DNA from: a virus
Taxonomy: Duplodnaviria; Heunggongvirae; Uroviricota; Caudoviricetes
DNA length: 39,953 nt
IMG/VR virus record: IMGVR_UViG_2563366923_000006
Direction: 5' to 3' (one strand)
Below, piece by piece: positions 37,354-39,953 of this stretch (within the stretch, counting starts at the first letter, position 1; each line of letters opens with the position of its first letter). Below the pieces are notes generated by a model. The model searched no databases and was not told the DNA's origin. It saw only the letters and a list, made by a program, of their open reading frames with translations. A program made the position numbers and the translations under genes.

Positions 37354-38451
37354 TCAAGAGGTCTTATTTCTGCTCCTTTGGAGCTCTTCAAAACGATTAT
37401 GTAAAGATTTCGGATACAGTTCGGTATATACCTGCCATAGCACGTTTAATGAACGATGCCCTGTAACTTGGGCGACTTCCTCAATACTAAAACCAGCCTC
37501 AAATAAGCGACTTGCCCCTTCTCTACGCAAATCATGGTATCGCAGATCCTTAATACCTAATTTGCTTCTTACTCTCTGAAATCCCGCAGTAACAGAAGTG
37601 CTGTTATATGGAAAAATGAATTCCGATTTTTGGGGCTGTCGTTGGACGATATCCCAGGCTTCCCCAAGCAAGGCTACTTTCATGTGGTTACCTTCCTTTT
37701 TGCGTGGATCTTTCCTGTCTCTTACGAGTATAGATTTTTGTTCCTGGTCGAGATCTTCCCATCGTAACCGGCATACTTCTCCGATTCGCATACAGGACCA
37801 TACAGAAAATTTGAGGATATCAACGAACGGAATTTTTGAGCATTTATGAGTAGATCGTTGTTGAAGGCCTGCAATGAGCATGTCCAGTTCATCAGATGCT
37901 GGTCTACGATTACGACGGTTTGATTTACCAATCAAACCAAGTTTAAGTAGATATGGGCGAGCGCTTTTCGCCGGGTTTGATGTGTAATTAATTCCGTATA
38001 CAGGTTTGGCCGCATCCAGAACACTGCCAAGATAACTAACATCGTGGCTGACTGTTGCAGGACCTGCACCAGCGTTGTTTCTTAGCCTGCAATGTTCAAT
38101 TACGTCATTTTCTGTCAGTTCAGATAGTTTGATCGCGGAGATGTCACTATCCATAAGCAGTTCCAGCACATATCTTTTAGTACGGCCTGCTTTACCTCCG
38201 GCATTTGGGTCATTTAAATATTTGTGTAGTAAGTCACGGACTGTAAGTCCGTCAACTGCATTTGATGATGGAATGCCATATAGATCTAATTCCATCACTT
38301 TCTGTGTGCCCCATGTTTTGGCATGAGCATGTTTAGGGAATGTTTTGCTTTCCCTGTAAGTGATAACACCTTTTTCTTTGATAATCACATTACAGCGATA
38401 GCGTGGTGTGCCATCGGATTTTAGTCGTTTCTCTATGTTATAGTACGCCAT
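37354..38451 (-). CDS. int: Tyrosine integrase (dusA-associated type)
   Basis: 365 aa with C-terminal catalytic motifs (HDLRR ... VTGH ... Y); abuts dusA. Confidence 0.9.
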   Translation of the reverse strand: MAYYNIEKRLKSDGTPRYRCNVIIKEKGVITYRESKTFPKHAHAKTWGTQKVMELDLYGIPSSNAVDGLTVRDLLHKYLNDPNAGGKAGRTKRYVLELLMDSDISAIKLSELTENDVIEHCRLRNNAGAGPATVSHDVSYLGSVLDAAKPVYGINYTSNPAKSARPYLLKLGLIGKSNRRNRRPASDELDMLIAGLQQRSTHKCSKIPFVDILKFSVWSCMRIGEVCRLRWEDLDQEQKSILVRDRKDPRKKEGNHMKVALLGEAWDIVQRQPQKSEFIFPYNSTSVTAGFQRVRSKLGIKDLRYHDLRREGASRLFEAGFSIEEVAQVTGHRSLNVLWQVYTELYPKSLHNRFEELQRSRNKTS

Positions 38452-38468
38452 TACACGACCTCGTTATT

Positions 38469-38505
38469 TCGGGTTCCCATAAAACGTGGGAACCTGTGCG
38501 GGAAC
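38469..38505. repeat. Three copies of a 9-bp GGGAACC-containing motif (one inverted) in the int-dusA intergenic region
   Basis: CGGGTTCCC 38469-38477, GTGGGAACC 38486-38493, GCGGGAACC 38498-38505. Confidence 0.5.
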
Positions 38506-38539
38506 CTAACGCGAGAAAAATAGCCTGAAATGTTCAAAA

Positions 38540-39577
38540 ATGCACGATAATCATGAAACACAAAAAATTAATCAAACCAGCGTGATGCCTGAAAAAACTG
38601 GTGTTTACTGGAATTCTCGGTTTAGCATTGCTCCTATGCTCGACTGGACGGACAGACATTGCCGCTATTTCTTGCGTCTGCTTTCCCGCAATACGTTGCT
38701 GTATACTGAAATGGTAACTACAGGGGCGATTATTCACGGTAAAGGTGATTACCTGGCGTATAGTGAAGAAGAACATCCGGTAGCGTTGCAACTCGGCGGT
38801 AGCGATCCGGCGGCGCTGGCGCAGTGTGCGAAGCTGGCAGAAGCGCGTGGATATGATGAGATCAACCTGAATGTCGGCTGCCCGTCTGACCGGGTGCAGA
38901 ACGGCATGTTTGGTGCGTGTCTGATGGGTAATGCGCAGCTGGTTGCCGACTGCGTGAAAGCGATGCGCGATGTGGTGTCGATTCCGGTGACGGTGAAAAC
39001 GCGTATTGGCATCGACGACCAGGACAGCTATGAATTTCTCTGCGATTTCATCAACACCGTTTCCGGCAAAGGCGAGTGTGAGATGTTCATCATCCATGCA
39101 CGTAAAGCCTGGCTTTCGGGGTTAAGTCCGAAAGAAAACCGTGAGATCCCGCCGCTCGATTATCCGCGTGTGTATCAACTGAAGCGTGACTTTCCGCATC
39201 TGACAATGTCGATTAACGGTGGTATCAAGTCGCTGGAAGAGGCCAAAGCACACCTGCAACATATGGATGGCGTGATGGTCGGGCGCGAGGCGTATCAGAA
39301 TCCGGGTATTCTGGCGGCGGTAGACCGGGAGATCTTTGGTTCCTCGGATATCGATGCCGATCCGGTGGCGGTAGTGCGCGCCATGTATCCGTACATTGAG
39401 CGTGAACTCAGCCAGGGGACGTATCTCGGTCATATTACCCGGCATATGTTGGGCTTGTTCCAGGGTATTCCTGGCGCGCGGCAGTGGCGGCGTTATTTAA
39501 GTGAAAATGCCCATAAAGCGGGTGCAGACATTAATGTGCTGGAACACGCGCTCAAACTGGTGGCGGATAAGCGTTAA
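38540..39577 (+). CDS. dusA: tRNA-dihydrouridine synthase A; 5' end probably element-derived
   Basis: 345 aa typical DusA; first ~35 codons AT-rich unlike the rest of the gene. Confidence 0.9.
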   Translation: MHDNHETQKINQTSVMPEKTGVYWNSRFSIAPMLDWTDRHCRYFLRLLSRNTLLYTEMVTTGAIIHGKGDYLAYSEEEHPVALQLGGSDPAALAQCAKLAEARGYDEINLNVGCPSDRVQNGMFGACLMGNAQLVADCVKAMRDVVSIPVTVKTRIGIDDQDSYEFLCDFINTVSGKGECEMFIIHARKAWLSGLSPKENREIPPLDYPRVYQLKRDFPHLTMSINGGIKSLEEAKAHLQHMDGVMVGREAYQNPGILAAVDREIFGSSDIDADPVAVVRAMYPYIERELSQGTYLGHITRHMLGLFQGIPGARQWRRYLSENAHKAGADINVLEHALKLVADKR

Positions 39578-39659
39578 CTTTTCACCAAAAAATAGTCAAA
39601 TTCACCACGCCCTGCGCACCGTCGCGGGGCGTTTTGCTGTTAAATCAATAGATTATTTT

Positions 39660-39676
39660 TGGCATGATTCTTGTAA
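39660..39676 (+). promoter_or_regulatory. Sigma-54-type promoter candidate upstream of pspG (TGGCAT-N5-TTGT)
   Basis: GG/-24-like spacing read directly; -12 element is imperfect. Confidence 0.4.
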
Positions 39677-39710
39677 TGCCAGCAAGAGATTTCATATTTG
39701 GGAGTGCATC

Positions 39711-39953
39711 ATGCTGGAACTACTTTTTGTGATTGGCTTTTTTGTCATGCTGATGGTCACCGGCGTTTCGTTGCTGGGCATTATCGCCGCGCTGGTTGTG
39801 GCGACGGCCATTATGTTCCTCGGCGGTATGCTGGCATTGATGATTAAGTTGCTGCCGTGGTTACTACTGGCGATTGCGGTGGTGTGGGTTATTAAGGCGA
39901 TTAAAGCACCAAAAGTGCCGAAATATCAGCGTTATGACCGCTGGCGTTACTAA
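39711..39953 (+). CDS. pspG: Phage shock protein G
   Basis: 80-aa hydrophobic protein MLELLFVIGFFVMLMV... matching PspG; start at internal ATG of the longer tracked ORF. Confidence 0.85.
   Translation: MLELLFVIGFFVMLMVTGVSLLGIIAALVVATAIMFLGGMLALMIKLLPWLLLAIAVVWVIKAIKAPKVPKYQRYDRWRY

Larger units (their letters stand above)
1..38539. mobile_element. Integrated mosaic prophage (lambdoid regulation and lysis, HK97-type head, Mu-type contractile tail); right end at dusA, left boundary beyond window start
   Basis: Contiguous phage modules from early-left genes through integrase; integrase directly abuts dusA; host genes dusA and pspG follow. Confidence 0.8.

Noticed and set aside
39501-39710. 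5' extension of pspG ORF to 150 aa
   Set aside because: The recognisable PspG protein begins at the internal ATG at 39711.
1-39953. CRISPR arrays, tRNA or rRNA genes, IS elements
   Set aside because: No regularly spaced direct repeats, cloverleaf candidates or transposase-like ORFs were seen.

Overview
This window is almost entirely one mosaic prophage running into host genes at the right edge. All calls below come from reading the sequence and ORF track by eye, with protein similarities recalled from memory; no searches were run. Reading left to right: an AT-rich accessory block and early-left genes (YfdQ-like) on the minus strand; a lambda-type immunity region (CI-like repressor divergent from Cro-like and CII-like genes); a replication/nin-like module (O-like initiator with an internal iteron array, RusA, KilA-N protein, DUF968 protein, Q-like late regulator); a late promoter and terminator; an orphan DNA methyltransferase; a lambda-type lysis cassette (S, R, Rz/Rz1); an HK97-type packaging and head module (HNH, TerS, TerL, portal, protease, capsid); a Mu-type contractile tail and baseplate module; and an e14/Mu-style invertible tail-fibre segment with a Pin/Gin-like invertase that appears frameshifted. 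The right arm carries an AT-rich cargo gene, a DinI-like gene behind two LexA boxes, and a tyrosine integrase directly abutting dusA, followed by pspG. The left prophage boundary lies outside the window. The best candidates for undescribed accessory or defence functions are the cargo gene at 36000-36695, the self-contained moron at 27650-28139, the ClpX-zinc-finger small-protein operon at 3628-4115, and the AT-rich membrane-protein block at 496-1638; none can be assigned a function from sequence alone.
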